Positions 10,295-23,989 of a DNA stretch of 64,000 bases are shown here, one piece after another. How positions within the stretch are numbered: the first letter of the stretch is position 1; the number at the start of each line of letters is the position of its first letter. Source of the stretch: Anthoceros angustus (lineage: Eukaryota; Plantae; Anthocerotophyta); the NCBI GenBank assembly GCA_010909165.1, contig VJWM01000025.1, positions 930,001-994,000 of the forward strand, in the 5' to 3' direction. A program made the translations under genes and the position numbers. A model generated the notes under the pieces. The model was not told where the DNA came from, ran no database searches, and saw nothing but the letters and a program-made list of their open reading frames with translations.

Positions 10295-13200
10295 TCAGGG
10301 AGCCAACACAAGCACTTTGATTGTTCCTTGGCTGTTGGCCGCCAGCATAGTAGGGCTTTCACTCTTCCAACAGACGGCGCTGATGAAGTGGGCTGCGTCG
10401 TCATCACTTTCTTCAGGGTCTGGAGAGCCAAATCTGTGCCATGCGGCAGGCTTCGACATTGCCTGCAAGGTCAAAACGGGCAAGACAATTTAAATCTAAA
10501 GGTCTATGCAACGTGATGTGCACTCAGGGACGTGCAAGCCGCGAGTACAAACCTTGTGGTAGACGAATACTTCATTTGTCTCACTCCCACAGGCGATGTA
10601 TTCGCTGTTGACTGTCAGCCCCACAAAGTTCTTCTCATTGGTATGCCCTTTGAGTGTTCTGATCTGCAGAGGTCACGATGGTTGAATGGAGTCAACATCG
10701 ATCGATGCTTTTTCATTCCATGGCCCAGAGAAGGCCCAGGTGCTCTCAGCAAAAGGAACTACTTACTGGGCAATTCTCCTGCACATCCCACAACCGCAAA
10801 GTACTGTCTGTCGAGGCTGAGGCGAGCTCATTTGGTGAAATGAACTTCACATAAGAGACAGCCTTTCTATGCCCATTGAAGACATGCAGAGGTGACTGGG
10901 CTTTCCGTAGGTCGTAGTAGTGAATGTGATGATCAGCTGAACCAACCTGGACGCGGAAGGAAAGCCAGGAAACAGACCAAGTACGTCAGTGCCAGAAACT
11001 GACTACCACAGCACTCACAGCTGAGAACGTTTTTGGGCTGCCCAGAAGTCACGACAAACTTACTGCCACGAAATTGCTAGATCCCGGATTGTACTTCACA
11101 CAACATATATTCGCCTTCATGTCAATATTCAATACACTCGTCTCCTGTCTGGTACACCAGACCTTCACCTGCAAACACAGGAAAAAAGTCATCAACAACA
11201 CATGGAGAGATTTTTGAGCCCCAGATGTACAATGCAATATTTTCTATCACATGTAGCAAGAAGGTAAGACCCCAACCTTTCCGTCGTCACTGCCTGAAAC
11301 AAGTCTTGTCGGCTCAGTCCGTGAAAAGTCAACACTCCATGCTCTTTTCTCATGCTCCTCATACTCCATGATGCTCTGCAGAAAATTAACTCATAGATCA
11401 GGTTACTAGGATTCTCCTCCACCAAAAGGACAGATCAGAGACTTCGGAGAGATCGAGCTGATCATACCTGGCACGTATTCACATCCCATACTGTAACAAT
11501 CCCTTCATAATCACTACTCGCAATGTGCGACTTTATGTACTTGTTCCAACTCAGACAACTCAATTTGGAGCGGGTAGACATTTCGACCACCGGACAATGC
11601 ACATCAGCCATGTCATTGACCACCTGACAGAAGCAGAAGGAAAAAATAGAGGTAAAACACACTGCAAGAGCCATCCAAGTGCAAGCAGTAAACCCCAGAT
11701 GTCTACATACACACTGAAAGTGCAGAAAAACACTTAACCAAAAGAGGCTAATTCTATTTCACTTTATACACCATATTATGTGGCTTAGTACTTGGCAGAC
11801 AAATGTTTACGGACCCAAGAAATGATGGACTTCTTTCACTGCTAGGTCAACCCTGGCAAGGGAGAGTACCGTTGCAAACTCAAACACTTTTATCCTCCTT
11901 GATACTCCAGCAGTGGCAAATAGCTCGTCATCCCGATCAAACTCAATGCTGAGAACAACAGCAGACCGTCTGATCAGCGAAAAGGCGTCAGAAAAGACCA
12001 AGGAGGGAGTAGATAGGCCTATTGAACGGATGGGCAGGAGACAGCTGCTTGGCACCATTCACAGATCTGACAATCACAGAACAAAGACCCCACCTTGACA
12101 CAATATTGGAGGAGTGGAAGAGGTCCCCATGCCGCAACTCTGCAATTACCCGAAGGCGGCTGCATACCATGTAGAGATACTGAGTGAGAACGCTGAAAAG
12201 AGAGCGGGCCTTCATGATAGCAAGCAGGTTACACCACTTAAGGAAAACAAGTAGGAAAGCCCTGTACACCTGTAGCGGGTGAAAGCAGTGAGAACGGACT
12301 GAAAATCCTCCAGGCCACTTTGATAACTCTCCTGCCCTGCAGAGTCAAGGCCAACCTCCTCCTTCGCCACAGAAGTCACTGCTTTCGAACGTTGGGCAGC
12401 AGCTAATCGCCGCCGTTTCTGGAGGTAACACTCTTGCAAGTCTTCGAACTAAGTCACCAAGCACAACTATTCAAGCAAATTCCACAGGAAGACAATGCTT
12501 CCTTGGGCCCACCAATGCACTAGCTCGGATCAACCGTGAAAAGATAAACGGATAGCAGCAGTAGACTGCCAAACGAGATGCGGGCACAATTCAGGAGATA
12601 GGCCAGCTATGCATACCTGAGCTAGAACTCTCCTCTTCTTTGCTTGGGCCAGCCCAGAGCTTGCTGGAATATCGTGTGGCTCAGTAGGAGTGACATCCGT
12701 ACAGGTGTATGAACCAGCGGTGGTTCTCCCCTTCCCTTCTCTCCTGAGAGAGGCACCACCCTGACCATTTCGAAAGGAAGGAATAGCCCCTCCACTGCAA
12801 CATTCGTCCACAGAGATCTGATCCAGACTGGGTGTCTGTCCATCAAGAAGCATCCGCAACTTGACAGTGTAGCGTTCCCTTGCTCTAGACATGTCCAACC
12901 TTTGCCCCTCAACAGTAGCAATGTCTTCTTTCAAAAACTGGAGATCGTTTTGCAACTACAAGATCACACACATTGCACAGTTAGAGAGTACCATTGACAC
13001 AATTTCGACTGCGTTAGACTCCTTATCAGGTGCTTACCTCGTTGAGCTCTTCCTGTTTTTGATGCAATGAACGGTGCAAGAAATCAAGAAGCATGTCCAT
13101 GTTGGACTCTGTCTCTTCTTGTTCAGCTTTTTTCTTCCTTTCCGCAAGCAAAATAAGTAGGGAGTCAAGCTCCTTGATGGACATCTCAGCTCCCTGGGAC

Positions 13201-13819
13201 TCAGAGAACAAGCAGACGAGTTGAGAGACGGGCCGGTGGAGGCATGACAAGAATGCGAACACGAAGATAAACAGTACAAGACGCGTGCAACAAGGAAAGA
13301 CCTGTTGGAGAGCCACACGAAGGTGCTCTGCCGGCGAGGCATTGCTGACAAGTTGAGAAGCAGACGCCTTTTTCAACAGCTGAAAATGCGACAGAGCCGA
13401 GAGCAACATCAGCCCACGAAGGTGTGGTACTGAAAGGCAAGGCACAATCCTGACCATCCGAAAAACAATGCAAATCTGCGCAGCAGACGGGCACATACCT
13501 TGCTGAGCAGGAAATTAGGAAACAATTGGCTGTTGGTGAGATAGGCGCTACAGCAGGGACAATTGCTCTTGTTACTCAGGTGGGTCATGATACACATGTA
13601 GCAGAAACTGTGGCCGCAGGCTGTCAAAAACGCGTCCTTCATCGTCTGCATGCATATGGGACAAAAAAAGTCCTTATCCAACACCGGCTTCCCGGCCGAG
13701 GCTGTGACAACCTGGTACTCATCCTTGCCGTCGGCCTCGCCCAGCGAGTCATGCTTCAGGCCCGTGACCGAGGGAACCTGCGGGCCCACAGATCCCTCAG
13801 TGAACGGGGCCCCCTCCAT
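10295..13819 (-). CDS. COP1: E3 ubiquitin ligase COP1 (RING, coiled coil, WD40), multi-exon
   Basis: [38 protein letters not shown]; coiled coil [11 protein letters not shown]; WD40 exons [48 protein letters not shown]; C-terminus [26 protein letters not shown]. Confidence 0.97.
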
Positions 13820-14684
13820 CCACGCCAGCTTTAAAACCTACTACCCGCACCTACACCTCCGGCGAGGCACCCAACAAGGTGTGGATACCACACCATGCAC
13901 CAGCTCCTGCTACCTTAACCTCCACACCCACAAACGCCCCTTCCCCATCACCTCCATCTCCCTGCCGTGCCTCCGGTGCCGCATCCAAGCAGCCCCAGCA
14001 ACCATGGCCAGCTCCGGAGCTTCAGCGCAAAGCCCAATCCTTTCCTGCCCACCAGGAATTCATCCCGGCACCGATTGCACACCCTAGGGACCCAGAACCG
14101 TGCCCTAACTCCGGCAATCCAGCCTGCACGGCACCGGCAGCGGAACCAGCACCAGCAGCAGCAGCTGTGAGCAAACGCAGCGGCAGAGGTCAGCACAGAG
14201 CTGAAGGCTCATCAAAGGAGCCGAATTGGACGTTGACGACATCCTTCACGCTCCACCAGGTCCGGACCGACATCGGGCTCCAGACCTGATCCGGCAATGG
14301 GCCAAACAGAAGCGGATACCACAAACACGTAGCCACGGCGAGCCGAACGACGCAAGGGCGGGGAAGAGAGATATGATAAATACAAAGCTTCAGCAGTGGC
14401 CGGGAGCTTGCCTTTCTCCCTCGCTGCCTATCATGGCCCCTCACAGTTCTCCGCGGACCAGCGCAAGTAGCAGCATGAAGAGCAAAGCTCAGCCACTCAC
14501 CTCCCGGCCATGACGTGTCGGAGCCGCGGTCGGACGGCACGGCACGCCTCGCCTCGCCTCGGCTCCCGTCGCATGGACGGGGCGGGCGGTATTCCCGTAT
14601 TTGCCGACATACGGTCGTAGAGTGGATTCTCTCCCCCTGCCCTATTTCTTGTAGGTACGAGATAATCTTACATAGACTGGTGAG

Positions 14685-14757
14685 AAATGGTTGGTGTAGT
14701 TGGTTATCACTTATACTTACACGCCAGAGGTTCCCAGATCGAACCCGGGTTCAGACA
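14685..14757 (+). pseudogene. tRNA-Val(TAC)-derived pseudogene or SINE head
   Basis: Box A TGGTGTAGTTGGTTATCAC, anticodon loop CTTACAC and box-B-like GATCGAACCCGGG are present. The acceptor stem (AAATGGT/TTCAGAC) and anticodon stem (TTATA/GCCAG) do not pair. Confidence 0.7.
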
Positions 14758-15809
14758 CGCATGGGCTTTACATTAGATTTGGACTCACAGTAGTAAGTAG
14801 ACGGTTAGGTGTCCGTTACTACACCGTTGTAACGAACGTCGTAACGAGCACATATATGAATGTATGTATAAATGCGTTGACTGAGATATGTATATAGAGG
14901 GCGCGGGAGTTGTAACTAGTGGTCCCAGAAGAGAGACGGTGGCGGCGCCGCGTGGAGCGAGGAGAGCCAGTAGGTAAAAGGTGGCACGATTTCCGGGGAC
15001 GGGCGATGTCGGGGAAGACATTTCCACGGGAACGGAGCAGCTGCTCGTTGAGGGAAGTAAGAGAGAGAAGGTAGATTTGTACTCTCTATCTACAAAGATC
15101 TGAAGGGGCCAGGTCCAGATAAAAATGCAAGGGTGGGCCTCTGCCACGTGATGAGCCAGGCCACGCGCAGTCGACCTTTACCCCAATTGGTCCCAGCCGG
15201 AGCACCTGATCTGACACCACGCTCTCACATTGCTTACAATTTCACTATGATAGGCTGTTGACGAGTGGAAAGGAATCAAAAGAGGAGGCCACTTTCATCC
15301 CAGCCTGCCTGCCACCAGATTAGATTTTGCACAATTTGTTTCGCTGCTGCCATTGGGCCACAGCAGCACGTTGGCCATGGCTTCTCGTTACAGCAGGAAT
15401 GCAGGATGCGCCCTCCTGTACAGGAGGAGCAGGGAAGGATCTCCGTTCTCCCACTTCAATGAATCAGGGGCCAGCTCTGTCAGGCTGGGCGGTGGCCACA
15501 GATTCCAACAAGGCTGCCATCCCAATGTGGAGAGCAATGCATCACAGGTCAGGCCTGGAGTGAAAAAAGACTGTTTGTGGGCACGGTTGTGAAGCTTGCC
15601 CTGCCCTGTTGAGCATGTAGACAGCTAACAAGTGGTAGTTTCCGTTGATGTAATGTCATATGTGTCAGTCCGCCTGTTGGGCTGTGGTGAAGGCTGGCTG
15701 GTCCCACTGCTGGCCACTGGAAGCTTACTTGGGGTCACACGCAGTAGCCCACTGGCATTCACTTTCTCCTCTTCCCCCTTCCACTTCCTCTTCTTCAATG
15801 AAGCATATC

Positions 15810-17721
15810 CTACTTGACCAAGGCATGATGTGGGAGATTATTAGGGTTGGTGTCCAGGGGTTTGACCTGGACCTCTGCTCGGAACCACGTGGCTTCCTTG
15901 AACAGACACCCGTTTCTGGGATCCAGGATGTCCTGCAGCTCTCGACCGAAGCAGTCCAGGCACATGGCAATCCTTTCCCTCACCTCCTTCTTCACTGTGT
16001 GCACTCCTTTGTACTTGTGGGCGAAGACAAGCAGATTAGAGTCCCACACTGAGACAGATATCTCGACGCAGATCGGGGTTGGCGGGGTACTGAGGGAGAC
16101 GAGGCCAAGGGTCACTCGTTTCTTGCTGGCATCGGAGCAGCCGCCTGGGGACCTGACCAGTTGTAGAAGCCAGATGAAGAAGTACCCTGAAACGCAGAAC
16201 CTTTCAGAGCAGAGAGGACCTGTTTCTGTCTTCATCCCATTCCAGGCATCCAGAGATAGGTTGAAGCACACAACTGCATGTGTCACTGGCAAGTCCACTG
16301 AAACACACTCCACAGGGAGGGCATGCTTCACCCGCCGCTGAAATCGATGCTTCTGACAAGCATCGACTTCAGCGGCCATCTTCTGTCTCCCTTCGTCGTT
16401 CGAGGCTTTGTACAGCAGGGCCTCCAGAATGAGCTCCTCCACATACTCGGCTTCCGGGGCATTGCTCAGAGCCCTCAGGCGAGGAGTCTCTATGTGTGGC
16501 CATCTTATGAGAGGTCCAAGCCTGTTCCAACAATCTCTCACATCATCAGCATTGTTACAGTTCACACTAACCCAGCCCCGTACTGCATGGAACACAGCCT
16601 CCTCATGAACTGCCTGAAGCAAATCACTCTTCAGCAGTAACTCCAGGGCTGTGATGGGAAGCTTTTGGAAGTCATCAACATGCTCCCACCGCCCTGGGTT
16701 CTCTGCGTTCATCACAGTTGCAGTCGTGAAATGACTTGCCAGGAATGAGATACTCATGTTCATCAGCACCTTCAGATCAAGGGTCTGGTCCACCACTGAT
16801 GCCAAGTCCAGGAAGTAGTTACTGCGCTCCACTGTCAGGGGAAAGCTCTTCAGTTGCAGCATGGCATGCTCCATACACGATTCCACCAGAAACCTCTGTG
16901 CCAAAAGCCAAACAGCAGCTATGTCTTCCGCACTACTTGCATCTATCTTGCCAGTGTAAATGAACCGGAGCAGGTCCAGGAAACCCGTCCTCTCTGCAAC
17001 CCAAAAATCAACAAGTCCTCCTCAAGAGCATCCAATAACCATCCTAAGCCAAGACCAGATACATGTGCTCTGGAGAAAAACACAGGTTTTTCTTACCTCC
17101 AGCTTTGAGATGGATGTCAATGATCCTCAATTTGGATTCCTTGAAGCACTCTCCATCGAACAGTCTCCGGAAGAAGAGAGACTCCTTCGCCAAAATCACT
17201 GAACTGACAGGCACATCTTCTGTAGCCACCGCCGTCACATCCACGGAGGAGTCGCAACGGATGGCCACTGCCTCCACAACACAGGCAGTCCACCGTTAGA
17301 AACCTAAACACCTCACACTCCCCTGCACGACCAAAAGCAGCATGCTTGCTGTTTGCTAAGCCTGATGAACATTGCACACAGTTTGAGCAAACACAAAGCA
17401 CGAGGAGATGCGTTTCTCACATGTATCCGATGTGGAGCTTGGAGAAGCCGGGTTGCAGCGGCGCCTTTTCACAGGCCTACGACAAGGTTGCTCGGAGATC
17501 TCGCTTCCGCTCCCTCCCTCGATGCTGCCAGGCTTGGCTTCGCCTGGTGACAAATGTAGGCGCAAAACACGGTCAGAGTAGCGAGGCTGCTTCCATGCGA
17601 ATTCGAACGAGGCCATGCCTGCCAATGGCTGCTGATCCTCTGCCGCATCAGAGGCAACAGCTTCAACCGCATCAGAAGCAACAGCTTCAACCGCATCAGA
17701 GGCAACAGCATCAGACGCCAT
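15810..17721 (-). CDS. BTB/POZ-BACK protein, diverged POB1/LRB family; 3 exons
   Basis: SFEFAWKQPRYSDRVLRL; VSSVILAKESLFFRRLF; GFLDLLRFIYTG...AQRFLVESCMEHA; BACK EEAVFHAVRGW; C-terminal PVECVSVDLPVTHAVVCFNL...KYKG...FRAEVQV resembles the POB1 beta domain. Confidence 0.85.
17640..17718 (-). repeat. 24-nt coding tandem repeat (SDAVEAVA) in the BTB protein N-terminus
   Basis: GCATCAGA(G/A)GCAACAGCTTCAACC repeated about 3 times on the + strand. Confidence 0.9.
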
Positions 17722-17808
17722 AGCAGAACATCCCGTGCTCCAAAAGTGGGACCATGAGAAGAAAGGAATCAGACGCCATCTGCAGAGACGCACTTCCTCC
17801 GCCCTGAA

Positions 17809-20267
17809 ATGACAACCAAGGGGCCGGCGCCGGATCCCGTTGCCGTGCTGCGAGCCCACCGAAATGCCGTCACGGCTGTGGCATTCCACAGCCCCTCCGG
17901 CACGCTGCTGTCAGGGTAGATGCTGTCCTGTCCTGTCCCGGTGCTGATGATGCTGTTGCTGCCGCTGTCCAATTGACCACCTGATTGCAGAGATGCGGAC
18001 GGGGAGCTGAAGATCTGGGACCTGCACCGCCACAGGACTCTGTCCTCCTCCAGGTGGGCGATGCGATCGCTGTTTCTCTGCGCAGCTCTTTGGTTGTGTG
18101 ACGTTCCGAGCGGTTGCCGAGCCCGTTCTATGATGCCAGGGTGCACAGTCCGGCTGCTGGAGTGACAGGAATTGGCACCAACTCTGCCCTGGGCAATGCC
18201 GTCTTGAGGTGAATTCCAACGCCTTTGCGGGCTTCTTGCTCCAGCAAGCTAGCCACTCATAGCCGATCTGGTTCACTGCAAAGCCGTTTCAAGGCGCGCT
18301 CCTTTGTGTGTGAGTCAGCCAGGGGCGTGACGGGACAGTTAAGTGCTGGCATCTGTCAGAAGGGGCTCTGTCAAGGTACTACACCAGCACCTCCCTTTCC
18401 AGCCTCCGGAATCTGCATTGGCGTTGTGGGTTGTCTGGGACGCATGGCAGGATGTGATTGTTCGATGATGACCTACATGTTGCAGGCAGCCCTTGCTGAC
18501 TATCGAGACAGAGTCCTTTCACTTCTGCAAGCTGTCTCTGCTGCAGACGGACGAGGAAGACGTTGGTAGCCAGAAGAGCCCCGTTGTAGACGATGTGGGT
18601 AAGAAGCCAGAGTTGGATGGTTCGGTTGGGGGACTCGAAGATGACGAAGCATCCACCCTATCTGCACATAGCGTCCAGAGAAGGACGAGCTCGGTTAATG
18701 GGGGTGGCTTGAGGCAACTTCTCGCTTCTCCCAAAGCACTGTCTGCAACCAGAACTGGACAGACAGGTAGAATGTCTGCTGTTGATGTAAACTGTCGAGT
18801 TATCACACCTGGGAGTCCGATCATGATAACCTGGCCGTGTTGTGCGTTTCTCAGTCAGTGCAGCCCAGGCAAATGTTGGTCGAGGGCGGGTTTTAATGGC
18901 CATCGCGGGAGAGGAAACGTCTGTGGTAACGTCTCCTTGTTGCATCCTTTCCCTGTCCACATGTTACCGTTCTGTAACCATTCAACTTCCGTTGTAGTCT
19001 GGATAATCTGTGGACCAGCTAGAACTCCTCACTGGCACCTTTTGTAATGCCTAGTCTTTGCTTGGACTAGGGAAGCTTAGTTTATCCCTGAGATGTCATG
19101 TCCGCTCAGTGGCTTGCTGTGTGCATTTCTTCCAGATAGAAGTGTGGGATATTGACAGTGGAAAAAGGGTTCAGCATCTTCGTCAAAGTTCGTCGGAAAG
19201 CATGAAGTCGGCAGGTTTCTATCATGCTTTGTGGTCTAAGCTTGGACATCCATTTTGTCATGCCACAGGCTTAATTGGTGCATAACTGGTTCTCACAGGC
19301 ATGTGTATGGCTGTGCACGCCTTCTCGTGCCCCGAGTCCGTGAGCAATCTGATGCTACTCGCAGGGTGAGTTTTCCTCCGTACTCTCCCTTTTCCTAGTG
19401 TCATGAACTTCCTTCTACTCAGGAGACTGTGCTCCTCTTCCTCAGGTATGAAGATGGAAGTGTCATGCTGTGGGACCTCCGGAAGCCGGATACACCACTT
19501 CTGAAGAAAAGGCTGCATTCAGAGCCTGGTAAGCACTGGAACTTGCTCCTCCTGGCATGGCTATGTGGAGTTGCGTTGTCGTTTTAACCCGCGTTTTTTG
19601 AACTGCAGTTCTGAGCATCAGCCTGGACCAATCAGGCCACGGTGGTGTTTCCGGTGCAGCTGATGACAAGTTGGTCTTTTTCAAGTTAGACTATGGAGAG
19701 GTGCCAGTAACATGAGCTCTAGATATCTACAAGTCCGTCATGAAATGTCCTGTCTATCAAGTTCCTTCCATCATCATCCTGTTAACCTAGGGGTTGTTGC
19801 TGTTAGCTCAACAGAACAGTTGTACTGTCACGAAGGAGATAGTGCTTGATCAGCCAGGCATTGCGGATGTTGCGATACGTGTTGATGACAAACTTGTTGC
19901 AACTGCTGGTTGGGATCGCCGGTGAGTAGATGCAGTGCTCTTGATCAGTCTCAGTGCATCACGACGCCACCAGCTGACATGGTGGTCCATGGGGATGTGA
20001 TGATGACACCAGGGTTCGCATCTATGAGTACCGGCGCAGGCGGCCACTTGCAATCCTGAAGTATCATGCAAATGGGGTGAGACACTGGCACTTGCTGCTG
20101 CCTGGGTCAGATACATCCACTGTGCATGAAATCCAGTCACTGACAGAAAACACCCTCTTGTGCTACAGGTGAGTGGGGTCGCCTTTTCAGCTGACAGTAA
20201 ACTGCTAGCATCATGCTCGAGAGATAGCACGGTGGCTCTGTGGTCGATATATCCTCCTTCCAGCTGA
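17809..20267 (+). CDS. DSE1: WD40 protein DSE1/TANMEI/EMB2757 (GNB1L-like), multi-exon
   Basis: MTTKGPAPDPVAVLRAHRNAVTAVAFH; GDADGELKIWD; ATAGWDRR; PLAILKYH; LLASCSRDSTVALWSIYPPSS*. Confidence 0.9.
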
Positions 20268-20687
20268 GGCGATAAGGTTCACCTCGCAGGCCTTGCAAGC
20301 TGCAGCCAACAGACAGTTTCCCAACTTGCTTCTATCACGCAGACCAAAAAGGTCTTGGTGGGTGTGCTTCATGGGCTGTGGCTGCAGAGTCTCTTTCTCC
20401 GCTTTTATCTGACGGCCGTTTTTCTCCGACGATTTTCAGATTGTCTCGAGCATCGGGACCGGCTTGTTACAGCAAGGCCGTAGTTACAACTACTGGGGCC
20501 TGCAGAAGAGGACATGGAGCTTCCGTGGCTGTTACACAAGTACATGCTTGCATCTTGACAATGTTTTTGTTGGCTTGGGCTAAGCGCGCTGAAGTCACTT
20601 CCTGGAAAAAATTACAAGCTTGAAGTTTTGTTGTAAAGCAAGAAGCGTCCGGCAAGTTTAGCTCGTCCGTTTCCTCGAGTCCCCAGG

Positions 20688-23397
20688 CTAGTCAATGGGA
20701 TGCTTATCAAAGTATCGTTTAGAGGTATGCCGAGCAGTGAGGAGCAGCAGAGTGCAGAGACAGCTTGCTACGAAAATACCATCGAACCATTGATGGTAGA
20801 AATTGAATTGATGGTCTGCTCCCAGCACATCGGTGATGATAGACCTGCACGAGACCAGAATTCGTCACCTACCAAAACCAACTAGAAACTTTAACAAACG
20901 CAAGAATGTTAGTTCAACTTCTTGGTACCTGTAAACACTGCCCAGACTCTTTCTGACCAGGACTATCTGGGAGACGCTGTACGTTCCCATCAGCTCCGCC
21001 AAGATGAGGACAACATTGCTTGATCGAAGATTGCTGCCGCCAAAAACTGCAAAGAAGACCTGAAGAGGCACCGCAGATAAGCCACACTGAAGCCGTGAAA
21101 CCATTATTTCTCATATCAGATTTGAACGTCAACTGACCTTCACATTGGACAGGAAGCCTCGGAGGGATATTGCCATAAGAAAGCCTATGAACATCATGGA
21201 GGTGTACTGCACATCAGGTCGGTGACTTAAGCGACAACAGTAACGTTTGATGCAACTGAAAGCTAAGCTGTCCACGAATTTCAGCCTCACACCTGAAGCG
21301 CACAAACATTTCTTGCATGGTTGCAAGACAGACGTACCTGGTAACAAAGAGGCACATTGATTTCAACACTAAATAAAGCTAGGAATATTCGAATTGCAGT
21401 AGTCACTGGATCAAATTCCTCAGCGCCAACCTGCACATGCACACTCATACAAATGAATCAAAGCAAAAGCGTAATCTAGGCAGGGCCTCCGAAGTATTGA
21501 GATTGCAGGGTCTACCCCATCAGAAAAGATGCTCCGCGCAGACTGCAGGAACACAAGTACACTAGGTTAAGTTTTTTTCTTCTTGCAGGCTGAATACAGA
21601 GCTCAGCGGAAAACTATAGTAAGCAGACCAGGCCAACCTTCCACATCTTATACACGCAGTACACAGAAAGCACATAGCCAAGAAGATTCTTAAAATGACC
21701 ATGCCAAGTCCGTGCGAATCTTGCTGCTTCCTGCACATCAGAGTGTCCATGCTGTAAACCTCTGTTGCAGTCCACAACAAGCCCTCAGATAACAAGCACA
21801 TTATACACGCTTTTGGATATGGGTAGGAAAATACAAAGTAAAGATCAAGGAAATGGAACAAATAAGGACCTTTGCTTTACGTAGTTCAGACACCTCCCAC
21901 TGAAGCTGCTTCGCAAGTTCTTCCAGAGCTTTGGCCTCTCCTTTCATGTCTCGAATTTCTGATTTTGCAGCACAGAGCAACAGTGAAGTTGAGTCAATTC
22001 CCTTTCAGAGATCAAGGACTGCTATGCAACAACTTTGACTCATTGCAACCAGATGGGTTACAAACCTACGTTGCTCACGCTCATCCTCTTGCCGGCTGCG
22101 CACAACAACCCCAGCTGCTCGTCTAAAATATGACCTCGAGTCCCCTATCTCCTGTCGAATAGGTGATACCACGTGAGTCATCTTGGAGCTGCAAGTGCAT
22201 CCACAGTGAACAAATCCCAAAACAGGTTTTCCAGCTGAAGATATGTGCAGAGGCAGTCTACCTCCTGTGTGCCAATCAATTCTGCTGTGCATGCAGAGAT
22301 CTTTTGCTTTTTTGAAGCACATAGGTTAGAGGCTTGCATATGCTGAGCCTCTAATCTCGCAATATCATCTTCTTGAATGTCCCTGCCAAAAAGCGTCTGC
22401 ATGGTGTACGTACATTAACTGATAAAACAAGCCACACACAGATGTGGGGAGAGTCTATAAGCCATGCTAACGAACTTAAGGTATACTTAAGGTACACCAA
22501 GATCATACTCTGAAACGTCTACTACATGAACCATCCCCATAAGAGTACCTGATGAAAAGAGATAAATAGCTGTAGGGCAAATTCACTGCTCCAAACCCAG
22601 ATAAGATGGCCATAAAAGTGACACCAACAAGGCCCACCCGACTAACCAGCTGCGGAACTGTTAAGAAGCCTGCGTGCTTGATGAAAACCACACAAGTCAA
22701 GACGACTAGGTTGCAGCAAACAGCCCATTACCACATACCATGTGCAAATGAAGTAAGTCGCCAAGGGACAATATCCACCTTCATTCCGAGCTATCACAGG
22801 GACAAGGGCTCCCATTCGCCAAAAAACTAGTAGAAAAGCTATGAGAAGGACCAGTGAACCGGCCAGAGCCCTTTCTTTCCTCACACCTGTCCACGTAAAA
22901 ACAGGATTGTGGTCATCCGTAGTAATAAACCTCCACCTGTGCTCCAACACTCTATTAACCAGGGTGTAGACTGCTCACCGTGACTCTGCAGCAGGAGCAG
23001 ACCCTGATAGTAGGGCAGCAGAAACACGAGCAGGCTGATCAAGCACCACACATCCAGCTTCCAAAGGGTTTGAAGTGCTCTATCGATCAGGCCAGTAGAG
23101 CATTAGTGGCATCGCTGAAACAAGAAACTTTCCAGCCACAGAAGTAAGTGAACTTCATGAATGAAGCACCCACCCATCAGAGAAAATAGGCAGAATTCCA
23201 AATAGCACCAGCTGCATAAGGTGGAGGGAGAGAGAGAAGACAGCGGTGAAGCAGATCTGCACCATCGTAGGCACCTTCTTCCTCACATTCTCATGCTGTA
23301 GCAGCTTCCGGTTCAAGAACCACCAACCAGCTCCAGCCAAAACCCACAACGACCCCACTGCCAGGGCTCCATCCCTTAAAATTCCAACCACGGTCAT
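20688..23397 (-). CDS. GTG1: GPCR-type G protein / GPR89 (GTG/COLD1 family), multi-exon
   Basis: GWWFLNRKL; [35 protein letters not shown]; [13 protein letters not shown]; [27 protein letters not shown]; [13 protein letters not shown]; C-terminus DKHPID*. Confidence 0.93.
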
Positions 23398-23989
23398 AGC
23401 TACGACCGTGACAATGGACTTCGATACCCCACCCACGTCGAGCACATGGCTTGCGCTCACAACCAAGCTCTTGGCTGGGTGGCTACAATATGTTGCAAGA
23501 TGTTGCAATGTACCTCAATATGTTGCAGCTGCCCATTTCCATAACTTCGAGGAGATGTATAAAATCAGTAGAGTAGGTACATAAATCGGCCCATGAGCTT
23601 CAGCCCTACCCTAAAAGAGCACATAGAGCAAGAGAACCGACTCGATCTACAAGGTACCTACTCTTCCTTAACGTCAACTCGGACATTTGTATTCATATGG
23701 CATGCTTCCTTCGTTTGTTCAGAAAACGAAATTTTAATACCACTCGCAATAACATAGATAAATTAAAAAAAGCAAAAAACATTATTTATTAAGTGAAGAA
23801 GATAAGATAACTCATCCGCCATAGAACAATGAGAAAGGCCATAAAAGAAGCACATAGAGCCCTCTTTCTCTAGGTAGATACTCTTTCTCAACTCAGGCCT
23901 TTGTATTCATATGGCGTATGGCCTCACCAAACTTTTTTTTATGGCCAAGGGCCATGAGACTTTACAAGAAAAAGCCGAGAGTACATATA

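Noticed and set aside
14685-14757. Functional tRNA-Val
   Set aside because: The acceptor and anticodon stems cannot pair and the T-loop TTC is altered.
10295-23397. Functional operon-like cluster of COP1, BTB, DSE1 and GTG
   Set aside because: Adjacency is expected in a compact genome and the sequence shows no shared pathway or regulatory evidence.
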